Positions 1 through 10,826 of a stretch of DNA of 32,000 nucleotides are shown here, piece after piece. Position 1 is the stretch's first letter; the number at the start of each line of letters is the position of its first letter. Source of the DNA: Geobacter metallireducens GS-15. Lineage in GTDB: Bacteria > Desulfobacterota > Desulfuromonadia > Geobacterales > Geobacteraceae. The position numbers and the translations under genes were made by a program. The notes below the pieces were generated by a model that had not been told where the DNA came from, made no database searches, and saw only the letters and a program-made list of their open reading frames with translations. Location of the stretch: contig NC_007517.1 of the NCBI RefSeq assembly GCF_000012925.1, positions 2,670,001-2,702,000 on the forward strand, written 5' to 3'.

Positions 1-604
1 TCCAACCGGTTCCCGTGGTGAGAAAACTGTAGGAAGCGCTTCCCTTTCCAGAGAGCCATACGCGAGCCACGCTTCCGCCGATTCCCCCTTCCTTCTTCAG
101 GGCTTCGATGCGGGCATCGACCGTCTTGAGCCCCTCCTCTGCGCGGCGACGCCCACGGTAGACCTCCTCCAGTTGGGTCACGGCGTAGTCGGTCCCTTTT
201 CTGATGGTGTCGAGGGGCTGGGGATTATTCTTAGTCTTACGGGGGGCTTTACTGCTCTGGGATTTGGCTGCGGCCTTGAAAATCTCCTGGCGGACGTCCA
301 GGGCCTTCAACCGGTCTTCCAGGGTGCGGCGCCGTTCCATGAGATCCTTCATCTCTTTTTCAGCCTTGGAGTCAGGCCGTGCGGGGACAACATCCACCCG
401 CGCTACAGGCACTGACCCTGCGGGGCGTACTCGAAACGAGCCGGGGATGTAGTTGCCGGGGAGTGGCAGCTCCAGGTACCCTTTGGGGGCTGAAGCCACA
501 CCTTCGACCCGAGTGCCATCAAGGAAGTAGGTTACGTTTTTAGAAGCCGCAACCGCAGGTGACACAACCACAAATAGCATGACCGCAACGATCAGAAACC
601 GCAT
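1..604 (-). CDS. Secreted hypothetical protein, N-terminal part only (runs off the window at position 1); DUF4139/DUF4140-like is a guess
   Basis: Absent from the ORF track because it is truncated. My own minus-strand translation from ATG 604..602 gives MRFLIVAVMLFVVVSPAVAASKNVTYFLDG.... It has a signal-peptide-like N-terminus followed by a charged coiled-coil-like stretch (KAEKEMKDLMERRRTLEDRLKALD). The frame stays open to the window edge. The family guess is recollection only. Confidence 0.5.
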   Translation of the reverse strand, partial: MRFLIVAVMLFVVVSPAVAASKNVTYFLDGTRVEGVASAPKGYLELPLPGNYIPGSFRVRPAGSVPVARVDVVPARPDSKAEKEMKDLMERRRTLEDRLKALDVRQEIFKAAAKSQSSKAPRKTKNNPQPLDTIRKGTDYAVTQLEEVYRGRRRAEEGLKTVDARIEALKKEGGIGGSVARVWLSGKGSASYSFLTTGTGW

Positions 605-646
605 AAGCCCTCCCTGGCAGTTCAGTTGTGCAACATGAAGCGTCGG

Positions 647-1120
647 TTACTTCGCAGCCTCGAGCAGTTCCACTTCAAATATGAGGGTCGCGTTGGGGGG
701 GATCACGCCGCCGGCCCCGGCAGCGCCATACCCGAGTTGGGCCGGCACGATGAGACGCCGTTTGCCCCCCACCTTCATGGTCATCACCCCTTCGTCCCAG
801 CCGGGGATCACCTCGCCGGCGCCAATGGTAAAGACAAAGGGCTCGCCCCGGTCCACGGAGCTGTCGAACTTGGTGCCATTCTCGAGCCAGCCGGTATAGT
901 GAACCTTCACGGGCTTGCCCGAGGTCGGCTGGGGGCCGTTGCCGACAACGAGATCCACGTAGGAAAGCCCCGACGGTGTCGTGACGGCTCCAGCCGGCGC
1001 CGTGGAAACGGCGGCGGGCTTGGCCTCCCCCAAGGACTTCGCGTCCTTGTCGGAACACGCGGCAATGGCAACCCCGGTGACAAAGAGAAACAGAACGAGC
1101 AACTTTTCAACGGATCTCAC
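647..1120 (-). CDS. FKBP-type peptidyl-prolyl cis-trans isomerase, probable lipoprotein
   Basis: 157-aa ORF. It has a lipobox-like N-terminus (LFVTGVAIAAC) and an FKBP core (VHYTGWLENGTKFDSSVDRGEPFVFTIGAGEVIPGWDEG...GGKRRLIVPAQLGYG...IPPNATLIFEVELL). Confidence 0.9.
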   Translation of the reverse strand: MRSVEKLLVLFLFVTGVAIAACSDKDAKSLGEAKPAAVSTAPAGAVTTPSGLSYVDLVVGNGPQPTSGKPVKVHYTGWLENGTKFDSSVDRGEPFVFTIGAGEVIPGWDEGVMTMKVGGKRRLIVPAQLGYGAAGAGGVIPPNATLIFEVELLEAAK

Positions 1121-1135
1121 GTAAACCTCCCTGCT

Positions 1136-1618
1136 TCAATCAATTCCGCCCAGGCGGAGGATGTATTCCCACTCGTGTTGCGTCACCGGCTGAACCGACA
1201 GGCGGCTCCTCTTGAGAAGCACCATACCGGACAGTTCGGAATGTATCTTCATCTCGTTGAGGGTTACCGGCCGCTTCAGGGGCCGGACATACCTCACGTC
1301 AACCATGTACCAGACAGGATTGTCCCCGCCCGCCCGGGGGTCGAAGTGTTCGGCCGACGGATCCAGTGCCGTCCAGTCGGGATAGCCTTCGCTCACCACC
1401 TCGGCGATGCCGACGATGGCGGGCTCGGGGATGTTGCTGTGGTAAAAGAGAACTCCGTCACCGGGCTTGATCTCATCCCGCAAGAGATTGCGGGCCTGGA
1501 AGTTCCGCACCCCGTCCCAGTGCTCGGTGCCGTTGGGGCGCGCCTTCAAGTCATCGAAGGAGAAACAGGAAGGCTCGCTTTTGAAGAGCCAGAAACGGCG
1601 CTCGCGTATCACGGTCAT
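1136..1618 (-). CDS. EVE (PUA-like) domain protein
   Basis: Typical EVE-family sequence: FWLFKSEPSCFSFDDL...HWDGVRNFQARNLLRDEIKPGDGVLFYHSN...IVGIAEVVSEGYPDWTALD. I prefer the internal start MTVIRERRFW (ATG at 1618) because the longest ORF start (1642) overlaps the upstream gene's end by 20 nt. The start is uncertain. Confidence 0.8.
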   Translation of the reverse strand: MTVIRERRFWLFKSEPSCFSFDDLKARPNGTEHWDGVRNFQARNLLRDEIKPGDGVLFYHSNIPEPAIVGIAEVVSEGYPDWTALDPSAEHFDPRAGGDNPVWYMVDVRYVRPLKRPVTLNEMKIHSELSGMVLLKRSRLSVQPVTQHEWEYILRLGGID

Positions 1619-1622
1619 CCTG

Positions 1623-2864
1623 CTACGAGAGCTGGTGGACAAAGAGCCCGCTGCGCAGTTTCGGTTCGAACCAGGTGGACTTGGGGGGCATTATCTGCCC
1701 GGCATCGGCCAGCTGCATGAGTTCTTCCATGGAGGTGGGGTTGAGAGAGAAGGCGATCCGATAGCCCCCGCCATCCACGAGCCGCTCCAGTTCGTCGGTC
1801 CCCCGGATTCCCCCCACAAAGGAGATCCGCTGGTCGGTGCGGGGGTTGCGGATGGCGAGAATCGGACTCAGGAGATTGTTCTGGAGGATGGAGACATCCA
1901 GGTGCGACACCGCATCCCCCTCGTCGAAGGTTCCCTCCTTGGCGACGAGCTGATACCAACGCCCCTCAAGGTACATGCCGAATTCGTGCCGCTGGGACGG
2001 CGCGAATCCCCCGGTCGCCGGCGTTATGGCAAAGCGCTCGCCGATGCGGGCCATCAACTCGGCAACGGAGTGGCCGTTCAGGTCCTTCACCGCCCGGTTG
2101 TAGGGCATGATGTTCATCTCGCTGTCGGGGAAGATGACCGTGAGGAACCAGTTATACTCCTCGTTTCCCGTGTGGCCGGGATTGGCGGCACGCCGCAGTT
2201 CCCGCACACGGCCGGCAGCGGCGCTCCGGTGATGGCCGTCGGCGACGTAGAGGGTTTCGATGGCGGCAAACCGCGTCGTGAGATCATCGATGACCGCCCG
2301 GTCGCTGATGATCCAGAGGGTGTGGATGACCCCATCGTCGGTGGTGAAATGATAGGTAGGTTCACCGGCGGCCACGCCGGCCACGATGGCGGTTATGGCG
2401 GGGTCGTTACGGTAGGTGTAAAACACCGGCTCGTCGTTGGCATCCAGGTAATCGATATGCCTGACCCGGTCCTCTTCCTTGTCGGCACGGGTCAGCTCAT
2501 GCTTCTTAATGACGCCGCTCTCGTAATCGTCCACACCGGCACAGACCACGAGGCCCGTCTGCTCGATGGCCCCCATCCTCTGGCGATAGACGTAGTAACA
2601 CTCGTCCCGGTCCAGGATAAGAGTTCCCTCGGCGATGAAGCGCTGCATGTTCTCGCGCCCCTTCACGTAAACCTCCTCGGCATAGGGGTCCACCTCCGCC
2701 GGAAGATCGATCTCGGGACGGGAGACATGGAGAAAACTGTACGGATTGCCAGCAGCCATGGCCTTCGCCTCCTCGACGTTCATGACGTCATAGGGAAGCG
2801 CTGCGACCTTCTCGGCCAGAGATTTTGGCGGGCGCAGTGCCCGGAAAGGTTTGATCAGTGCCAT
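1623..2864 (-). CDS. DUF1015 family protein (function unknown)
   Basis: 413-aa ORF. The N-terminus MALIKPFRALRPP...AALPYDVMNVEEAK and the overall length match my memory of DUF1015 proteins. Coding-like composition. Confidence 0.8.
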   Translation of the reverse strand: MALIKPFRALRPPKSLAEKVAALPYDVMNVEEAKAMAAGNPYSFLHVSRPEIDLPAEVDPYAEEVYVKGRENMQRFIAEGTLILDRDECYYVYRQRMGAIEQTGLVVCAGVDDYESGVIKKHELTRADKEEDRVRHIDYLDANDEPVFYTYRNDPAITAIVAGVAAGEPTYHFTTDDGVIHTLWIISDRAVIDDLTTRFAAIETLYVADGHHRSAAAGRVRELRRAANPGHTGNEEYNWFLTVIFPDSEMNIMPYNRAVKDLNGHSVAELMARIGERFAITPATGGFAPSQRHEFGMYLEGRWYQLVAKEGTFDEGDAVSHLDVSILQNNLLSPILAIRNPRTDQRISFVGGIRGTDELERLVDGGGYRIAFSLNPTSMEELMQLADAGQIMPPKSTWFEPKLRSGLFVHQLS

Positions 2865-2896
2865 GAAATTACCTCATTTTCGAAACTTCATCTGAA

Positions 2897-3696
2897 TTAG
2901 AAATACCTGCGTCCACCCATGAACTTCTTCGCAAAGTAGTTCTCGTCGAGGGATGAGATCTTGATGTCATCACCACGACGGGGGGCATGGACGAACCGCT
3001 TGTCTCCCACGTAGATGCCCACGTGGTTGATGCTATCCTCGGATGAGCCGAAAAAAACCAGGTCGCCATCCTTCAGGTCGTCACGGGCCACCGGGTCCCC
3101 CACCTTGAACTGTTCCCGGGAGGTGCGGGGGATGTTGACACCACAGAGGTTGTAGACGGCGCGGGCAAAACCGCTGCAATCCATCCCGTCCACAACGGTA
3201 TTACCCCCCCAACGGTAGGGTATCCCCACAAAACGCTCTGCGGTACGGGCAGCAATCTGCCCCATGTCCTTCTCCCCCTTCGGGGCTTCGGGCTGCTTCT
3301 TTCGGGGCTCTGCGGGAAGACGGCCAATGGTGGCCGCAGGCTCCCGTTTCACCACGGTTTCGCGTTTGCCGGAAAGGTCCTGGGGCGGCGCGATAAAATA
3401 GGCGCCGATAAGGCCGTCGGAAACCAGCTTCCGGGCCTCCTTCTGGGCAGCCTGCTTGGATGGGAAATCGCCGAAACGGACGGCGTAGAGACCATTGTCC
3501 CGCTTGAAGTAGAAGGCTTCGATTCCCCGCACCTGGAGCTGGGCCGCCAGGCGTTCGGCGTTTTTCACCTCGGAAAAGGCCCCCACCTGGATGGCGTGGC
3601 CGATGCGGGAGATTCCCGCCCGCGGCGCGGCACAGCCGGCGGCCGCCAGGAGGGAGACGACAATAAATGCTATCAGATGGACAACGAATCTCTTCA

Positions 3697-3697
<1 letters not shown>
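2897..3697 (-). CDS. Lipoprotein with an N-terminal SPOR domain and a C-terminal NlpC/P60 peptidoglycan endopeptidase domain
   Basis: Lipobox LLAAAGC. SPOR-like segment: IQVGAFSEVKNAERLAAQLQVRGIEAFYFKRDNGLYAVRFGDFPSKQAAQKEARKL. NlpC/P60 core: GIPYRWGGNTVVDGMDCSGFARAVY...GDLVFFGSSEDSINHVGIYVGDKRFVHAP. The ATG shares one base with the prfB stop (TGATG). Confidence 0.85.
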
Positions 3698-4816
<1,119 letters not shown>

Positions 4817-4827
4817 CCATGACTCCT

Positions 4828-6393
4828 TTATTGATGGTGAATACTCTTTCTTCTGAAAGCAAGGGCCGCAACCACCGCCGCGCCCGCAACACACGCCCAG
4901 GCGAACACGTCGCCATAACGGTTATAGAAGCTCTCACCCTCCCCCAGCCGCACCTCGCCGTTCAGCACCGCCTCTTGGAAGAGAGGGGTCATCCCCCGGA
5001 TGTGTCCCCTGCTGTCGATGATGGAGGTTATGCCGGTGTTGGCAGCCCGCACCAGCGGCACCCGGTTCTCCACGGCACGGAAGACGGTCATGGAGATATG
5101 CTGGTAGGGGGCCGAGGAGCGTCCGAACCAGGCGTCGTTGGTGATGTTGACAAGGAGGCGGCTCCCGGCCCGGACGTAGGCACGGGAGAGTTCCGGGAAT
5201 ATCCCCTCGAAGCAGACGAGGATGCCGATCCTCCCCTTGCCGGTGTCCAGGGCGGCTATCTGCGCACCGGGCGAGAAATCGCCGATGCCTGCCACGAGCT
5301 TGTTCACGAAGGGAAGGAGTTTTGCCATAGGGACATACTCGCCGAAGGGGACCAGGTGAATCTTGTCGCTGCGGCCGATCACGTCCCCCCACGGGGAAAG
5401 GAGAAAGGCGCTGTTCAGGTACTTCAGCCGCTCCCCGTCCTTCTCGAAGGCGGGGCTTCCCACCACGGCGCAGGTTTTGAGTTCCCTGGCAAGCCCCTTG
5501 ATGCGGGAGGCGTACCGCGGCTCGTCCTGAAAATAAAACGGGGCCGCGCTTTCGGGCCAAACCAGAAGATCGGAAGGGCCGGCGGCGCAGGCCTTGCGCG
5601 ACAGCCGCTCGTAGATGGCGACGGTTTCCTCCTGGAACGACGGATCCCACTTGATGTTCTGGTCGATGTTTCCCTGGATGAGGGCCACCTTGAACGGCGC
5701 ACCGCCCTCGGGGACATGGAGGCGCTTGAAGCCGTAGGCAATGGTAACCAGAAGCAGCACGAGCAGGAGTACGACGCTCTTCACCGGGTAGGGAGCTGGC
5801 TCCCGGGCCGCAAAGCCGCGGATGATCCGGAAGAGGACCACGTTTGCCAGGGCGATGAGAAAGCTCAGGCCGTAGACCCCGGTGATGTCGGCGATCTGAA
5901 TGAGGGGAAGGGTCCGGTACTGGGTGTAGCCGAGACTCGCCCAGGGAAACCCGGTGACGAGGAAGGCGCGGCCATACTCCAATCCCACCCATAGCAGCGG
6001 AAACGAAATGAGCAGGGAAATCCCCCGCTCCTCCCCCCGCCGGACCAGATAGGCCACCACGGCCGGATAGAGGGCCAGGTAGGACACGAGCATGGAAAGG
6101 ACGCCGACGCTCACGATCCACGGAAGCTTTCCGTAGGTGGTGACGACAATGGTGATCCAGTAGAGAATCCCGGCGTAGGCGGCGAGTCCTGTGACGAACC
6201 CCAGCCGGAAGGCCTTGCGGGGGTCCTTCCGGCCGCAGGCGAGCAGGAGCGGCGCAAACGCGATCCAGGCCAGGGGGGAGATGCCGGGACTCGGGAACGA
6301 GAGGGCAAGGAGCACCCCCGAGAGAACCGCCATCAGGTAGTCACGCCGTGGAATGGCGTCAAAATCGGGCATCCGTAATCTGCGGTAGTCCAC
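4828..6393 (-). CDS. lnt: Apolipoprotein N-acyltransferase
   Basis: 521 aa. It has an N-terminal multi-TM region and a C-terminal CN-hydrolase domain ([35 protein letters not shown]). A GTG start at 6393 shares one base with the corC stop (TAGTG). An alternative ATG lies at 6372. Confidence 0.92.
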   Translation of the reverse strand: MDYRRLRMPDFDAIPRRDYLMAVLSGVLLALSFPSPGISPLAWIAFAPLLLACGRKDPRKAFRLGFVTGLAAYAGILYWITIVVTTYGKLPWIVSVGVLSMLVSYLALYPAVVAYLVRRGEERGISLLISFPLLWVGLEYGRAFLVTGFPWASLGYTQYRTLPLIQIADITGVYGLSFLIALANVVLFRIIRGFAAREPAPYPVKSVVLLLVLLLVTIAYGFKRLHVPEGGAPFKVALIQGNIDQNIKWDPSFQEETVAIYERLSRKACAAGPSDLLVWPESAAPFYFQDEPRYASRIKGLARELKTCAVVGSPAFEKDGERLKYLNSAFLLSPWGDVIGRSDKIHLVPFGEYVPMAKLLPFVNKLVAGIGDFSPGAQIAALDTGKGRIGILVCFEGIFPELSRAYVRAGSRLLVNITNDAWFGRSSAPYQHISMTVFRAVENRVPLVRAANTGITSIIDSRGHIRGMTPLFQEAVLNGEVRLGEGESFYNRYGDVFAWACVAGAAVVAALAFRRKSIHHQ

Positions 6394-7247
6394 TACCCTT
6401 CGGTCTCCTCGGAGGCGCCGGCCCTGCGGGCCACCCGCACCTTCCTGATATTCCGTTCGCCACCCTCAAGGACAGTCATCCGAAGAGCGTCGTTTTCGAT
6501 CTCCTCGCCGACCTTGGGGATCCGCCCGGTCAGGTGGAAGATGAGCCCGGCCACGGTGTCGAACTTCTCCCGCTCGATTTCGATGCCGAAGCGCTCCTCA
6601 AGGTCTTCGATGGGGAGTCTGGCATCCACAAGGACCGAGCCGTCGGGCTCCTCCACGATCCAATCCTCCTCAAGGTCGTACTCGTCCTGGATATCTCCCA
6701 CGATCTGCTCCAGCAGGTCTTCGATGGTGACGAGCCCCGACGTGCCCCCGTACTCGTCGATGACGATGGCGATATGGACCCGTTTGCGTTTGAACTCCTG
6801 GAGGAGCTCTTCCAGGTTCTTGGACTCGGGAATGAAGTAGGGGGTGCGCATAATACGCCTGATATTGATGGAGGAGTCCCCCATCCCCCAATATTTGAGG
6901 AGGTCCTTGGCGTAAATGAGGCCGATGATGTTGTCGACAGTCCCGTCGTAGACCGGAATCCGCGAGTGGCCGCAGGTTATGATGGTCCTCAGCACCTCTC
7001 CCACCGAGGTATCGGCGGAGACGCAGGCCATGTCGGTGCGCGGCACCATGATCTCCCTGACCACCGTGTCGCGGAGCTCGAAAATGGAGCGGATCATCTC
7101 GTTCTCTTCCGGGTTGATGAGCCCCTCTTCCTCGCTGGCATCGATGATATCCTGGATCTCCTCTTCGGTGATCCGCTTCTTGCCGGTCAGAAACCTGCCA
7201 AACATGTCCATCAGTCCGGCGCTTTTCCTGCCAGAGCCCTCGTCCAA
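6393..7247 (-). CDS. corC: CorC/TlyC-family protein (CBS pair plus CorC_HlyC domain)
   Basis: 284 aa. The sequence [11 protein letters not shown]...GHSRIPVY...[11 protein letters not shown]...[27 protein letters not shown] is typical of CorC/YbeX. TTG start at 7247, preceded by AGGAGG 10 nt upstream. Confidence 0.88.
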   Translation of the reverse strand: MDEGSGRKSAGLMDMFGRFLTGKKRITEEEIQDIIDASEEEGLINPEENEMIRSIFELRDTVVREIMVPRTDMACVSADTSVGEVLRTIITCGHSRIPVYDGTVDNIIGLIYAKDLLKYWGMGDSSINIRRIMRTPYFIPESKNLEELLQEFKRKRVHIAIVIDEYGGTSGLVTIEDLLEQIVGDIQDEYDLEEDWIVEEPDGSVLVDARLPIEDLEERFGIEIEREKFDTVAGLIFHLTGRIPKVGEEIENDALRMTVLEGGERNIRKVRVARRAGASEETEG

Positions 7248-7290
7248 GGCCTGTATTCCTCCTTTGTCGTACAGTGGCGTATAAAAACGC

Positions 7291-8076
7291 CTATTTCATG
7301 AACCGGAACAGCATCAACACCAGGAGGGTGATTCCCGTCCCGGTGGCCGCGCCGAAAACCACCTCGCGCATGGTGTGGATGTTGAGCAGGAGCCGCGAAT
7401 GGCTCACCATGACGGCAAGGATTATGGCCAGGATCGAAGTGAGGGGATCCTGGGTATTGAGCGTGACCAGCGTGGCGATGGAAAAGGCCACTGCCGCGTG
7501 TCCGCTCGGCAATCCCCCCTCCAGCGGCGTCCCCTTGCCGGAAATCGACTTGAGGATCACCACCACGATCACCACCGCCAGCAGGGCCACCACCGCCCCC
7601 ATCTCCGACGGGGTACCTATCATGGCAAGCGCCTCCTTGTAAATGGGAAAGATGTAATGGGACAGGATCAGATAGCCCATGACCGCTGCGCCGATGGCCG
7701 CCACGAGCACCCCGCCGGCGGCCACATCCTTAGCGATCCTGGCCAGGGGGTGGTACTCCGGCGACACCATGTCCACCACCACCTCCACTGCCGTATTCAT
7801 GAGCTCGGCAAAGAGCACGAACGAAACAGAGACTGCCAGAAGCGTGAACTCCAAGGCCGACACCCTGAGAAAAAGCACCGCGAAGAGGAGCACCAGGGCC
7901 GACAGGAAGTGCCGGCGCATGTGCTTCTGGGTGCGGGTGGCCCAGAATATCCCCTCGATGGCGCAGTTGACGGAATCGATGAAGCGCGACGGCTTCACGG
8001 GGTCGCCGTTGGGCAACGTGGGGGAAGGCCGAAGCGGGCTCCCCTCGGCGTCCGTGTCTCCGTAGGGGCTAGACAA
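7291..8076 (-). CDS. dgkA: Fusion protein: prokaryotic diacylglycerol/undecaprenol kinase (DgkA) domain plus a PAP2-type lipid phosphatase domain
   Basis: The N-terminal half has DgkA-family signatures (RFIDSVNCAIEGI..., FAELMNTAVEVVVDMVSPEYHPLARIAKDVAAGGVLVAAI). The C-terminal half has PAP2 motifs: LPSGHAAV and SRLLLNIHTMREV. Start is uncertain: TTG at 8076 overlaps ybeY by 8 nt, and an in-frame GTG giving MKPSRFIDS is an alternative. Confidence 0.82.
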   Translation of the reverse strand: MSSPYGDTDAEGSPLRPSPTLPNGDPVKPSRFIDSVNCAIEGIFWATRTQKHMRRHFLSALVLLFAVLFLRVSALEFTLLAVSVSFVLFAELMNTAVEVVVDMVSPEYHPLARIAKDVAAGGVLVAAIGAAVMGYLILSHYIFPIYKEALAMIGTPSEMGAVVALLAVVIVVVILKSISGKGTPLEGGLPSGHAAVAFSIATLVTLNTQDPLTSILAIILAVMVSHSRLLLNIHTMREVVFGAATGTGITLLVLMLFRFMK

Positions 8077-8521
8077 GCCCTTCCCTCTCCAGGATCGCGA
8101 AGATTTCCCGTTCCTTCGCCTCCATCCGCCGGGCTTCCGCCTCGCCGCTCCGCTCGTGGTCGTAGCCGGTAATGTGAAGGATGCCGTGGAGCAGCAGAAA
8201 GCAGAGTCGGGACCAGAAGGAGACTCCCCCCTCTTCCGCCTCCCGGGCCGCCGTGTCCGCGGAGATGATCACATCCCCCAGCATGGCGGGATTGAGGGCA
8301 CCGAACTCCCCCTCGGCCATGGCGAAGGAGATGACGTTCGTGGGGCGGTCCTTGTGGAGATACTCGCGGTTGACACGCCTGATGCCGAGATCGCCGGTTA
8401 TGACCACCGACAGCTCGCTATCGGGATATCCCAAGGCGCTTAATATCCTCTCCGCCACTTTTCTGAGGCGTGGCGTCCCGATCGGGTGCCGCCTTTGCCG
8501 GTTCGCTATCGCTACCTTCAC
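8069..8521 (-). CDS. ybeY: rRNA maturation endoribonuclease YbeY
   Basis: 150 aa with the metal-binding motif HGILHITGYDH and the DRPTNVISF motif. GTG start at 8521 with GGAGG 11 nt upstream. Confidence 0.92.
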   Translation of the reverse strand: MKVAIANRQRRHPIGTPRLRKVAERILSALGYPDSELSVVITGDLGIRRVNREYLHKDRPTNVISFAMAEGEFGALNPAMLGDVIISADTAAREAEEGGVSFWSRLCFLLLHGILHITGYDHERSGEAEARRMEAKEREIFAILEREGLV

Positions 8522-10826
8522 TCGGTTTCTTACCTCCAGTCGGTTTCTCTTTTTCCTTGAAGGCCGGCTCCGGGTAATCGATGCGCTGATGGTAGATGCC
8601 GGCCAGGATACGGTTGAAGCTCTTGGCGATTTCGTGGAGGTTCTTGAGGGTCAGTTCGCATTCGTCAAGCTGACCGTCGATGAAGATGTTGTTGATGATC
8701 TTCTGCACCAGCCCTTGGATGCGGTCAGGAGTCGGGTTCACGAGGGTGCGGGATGCAGCCTCCACGCAGTCGGCCAGCATGACCAGGCCCGCCTCCCGGG
8801 ACTGGGGCTTGGGGCCGGGATAGCGGAAATCGCGCTCGTGCACGGCCTGTCCGTCACCGGCCTGGGTTTTTGCCTTCTGGTAAAAGAAGCTCATGAGGGC
8901 CGTGCCGTGGGACTGCCGGATAATATCGACAATGGGGCGCCCCACCCGATGCTCGCGGGCCAGCTCAACCCCCTCCTTCACGTGTGAGATGAGAATGAGA
9001 GCGCTCATGCTCGGGGCAAGCTTGTCGTGGCGGTTATCGCCTCCTCCCGTATTTTCGATGAAGTACTGGGGCTTGCTGATCTTGCCGATATCGTGGTAGT
9101 AGGCCGCCACTCTTGCCAGGAGCGGATTCGCATTGATCGTCTCCGCAGCCGCCTCCACCAGGTTCCCCACCAGGACGCTGTGATGGTAGGTACCGGGAGC
9201 GCGGACCATCAGCTCCCGCAGTATCGGCGAATTGAGGTTGGAGAGCTCGAGGAGCTTGATATCGGTCACGTAGTGGAAAACGGTTTCGATCAGCGGGATA
9301 GTGCCGGTAACGATGGCCGAACAGAGGAGTCCGCCGGCCAGGGCGAAGAGGGCGCACCAGATGGTCTGGAGGGAGAGGAAACTGTCGCTCATAGTCTGGA
9401 AGGCAAGCGCCATGGCGAAGTTCACCACGCTTACCTTAACCCCGGCCGTGTAGATGCGGCTCCGGTCCTTGCAGTGGCGGACGCCGTGAGCGCCGACGAT
9501 CCCCCCGAGCAACCCGTAGACCACCACGAAGAGGCTGTTGTTGAACATGATACCCAGGAGCGGCGCCGTGATGGCCGTATAGACCATGGCCACTTCGGAG
9601 TTGAGGATGATCCTGATCAGCATCGGACCCACGGCAAAGGGAAAGAGGTAGAAATAATCACGGGCATCGATGCTGGGAAATGGTGTCCCCAGGGCCGCCG
9701 AGATGGTCAGAGCGATCTTGAGCAGAAAGAACATGCCGGCCGTAACCAGGGAAATGAGAAGCAGATCCTTGGTGACGGGGCTGAATTTCCGGATGTTCTT
9801 GCGGGCGAATCGGTAGGGAAAATAGAGGATTACGAGAACAAGGCCAAAGAGGCCGATGCCGGTGAAAAGTTTGTTGATGTCCCCCCCCGCAGAGGAAATC
9901 ATCTCGAGCTTCTGGACCTGCTCAGCGGTTACCCGCTCACCCACCCTGACGATCATCTCCCCCTGCTTCACCTGGAGGAGGACCGGGCGGACCGAATACC
10001 GGGCCCTCTCCTGGGCCTGCTCGGTCAAATCCCTGCTGAAGGTCAGATTCGGCCGCACCCCTTTCCCCACGAACCCCTTCAGTGTCTCGATCTCCCGCGG
10101 AGAGAGGCCGGGGGTGCCAATCTTCATCCCCTTGACGATCTCCTGAACCTCGGCAGGCTCGATGGGAGAAACCGTGTACTCCATTTTCCCCAGCGATTCG
10201 CCGGTCCGGGCATCAACAAGGACAATGCCGTGGGCTGTGTCACCGGCAAAGGATCGCTTGTCGACCACAATCTTGTTGGCATAGAGCCGTTCGGCCAGGG
10301 CACGCACATGGTCCATCAGGCCGGCATCGGCCCCGAGTCGCATGAGGAGGGCTTTCTCCGCAGGTGAAAGGCTGAACCCGAAAAGCCCCCTCAGGGATTC
10401 GTCCAGCCCCACCCCCTGGGAAGGCTCGGCGGTTGCAGCCTGCTGAAGGAGAGCAAGGGCCTGTTCGACGCGTCCCACCAACTCGCCAGCCCCATCCAGT
10501 GAGAAAGCATACACGTAAGGGACAGCAGCCTCGGCCTCATTGCGCTTCTTTTCGGTGAGGAGACGGTCCTCGAGAAGATAGTCCTGGGTCGCCCTGATAT
10601 CGGTAGTGGCGATATCCCCGGCCTTGTATCGTACGGAAAGGAACTCCTGGCGGGGAAGGATGAGCAGGGTGAGAACAAACGCGGTAAGAAGGAGGAGAAC
10701 CCGGCGATTCCTGGCGTCCTGGCGCGGATTAGAAAAACGCTCGAGGAGATTGTTAAAGAGCCTCCCGACGGATCGAGGGAGAGAGGCACGCATTTCATTA
10801 TCAGTGTTACTGCTTTGGGTGGGCAT
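8418..10826 (-). CDS. 7TM-HD (HDIG) membrane phosphohydrolase, PgpH/YqfF family
   Basis: 802 aa with an extracellular N-terminal domain, a 7-TM block, and a C-terminal HD domain (HHSVLVGNL...AAYYHDIGK...HVKEG...SHG). Synteny with ybeY-dgkA matches Bacillus yqfF-ybeY-dgkA. The Lys/Glu/Ser-rich C-terminal tail overlaps the ybeY start. Confidence 0.88.
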   Translation of the reverse strand: MPTQSSNTDNEMRASLPRSVGRLFNNLLERFSNPRQDARNRRVLLLLTAFVLTLLILPRQEFLSVRYKAGDIATTDIRATQDYLLEDRLLTEKKRNEAEAAVPYVYAFSLDGAGELVGRVEQALALLQQAATAEPSQGVGLDESLRGLFGFSLSPAEKALLMRLGADAGLMDHVRALAERLYANKIVVDKRSFAGDTAHGIVLVDARTGESLGKMEYTVSPIEPAEVQEIVKGMKIGTPGLSPREIETLKGFVGKGVRPNLTFSRDLTEQAQERARYSVRPVLLQVKQGEMIVRVGERVTAEQVQKLEMISSAGGDINKLFTGIGLFGLVLVILYFPYRFARKNIRKFSPVTKDLLLISLVTAGMFFLLKIALTISAALGTPFPSIDARDYFYLFPFAVGPMLIRIILNSEVAMVYTAITAPLLGIMFNNSLFVVVYGLLGGIVGAHGVRHCKDRSRIYTAGVKVSVVNFAMALAFQTMSDSFLSLQTIWCALFALAGGLLCSAIVTGTIPLIETVFHYVTDIKLLELSNLNSPILRELMVRAPGTYHHSVLVGNLVEAAAETINANPLLARVAAYYHDIGKISKPQYFIENTGGGDNRHDKLAPSMSALILISHVKEGVELAREHRVGRPIVDIIRQSHGTALMSFFYQKAKTQAGDGQAVHERDFRYPGPKPQSREAGLVMLADCVEAASRTLVNPTPDRIQGLVQKIINNIFIDGQLDECELTLKNLHEIAKSFNRILAGIYHQRIDYPEPAFKEKEKPTGGKKPSEGSDSEPAKAAPDRDATPQKSGGEDIKRLGISR

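Noticed and set aside
626-2900. Long plus-strand ORFs (626..1720 at 364 aa; 1467..2900 at 477 aa) opposite the FKBP, EVE and DUF1015 genes
   Set aside because: Their translations are Arg/Gly/Pro/His-rich and low-complexity with no recognisable motifs. They lie entirely antisense to ORFs with clear family signatures. This is the typical open antisense frame of GC-rich DNA.
4819-6121. ORFs 4819..5994 (+, 391 aa) and 4934..6121 (-, 395 aa, off-frame) overlapping lnt
   Set aside because: Same reasoning. Only the 4828..6393 frame shows TM segments and CN-hydrolase motifs. The others are Arg/Pro/Gly-rich.
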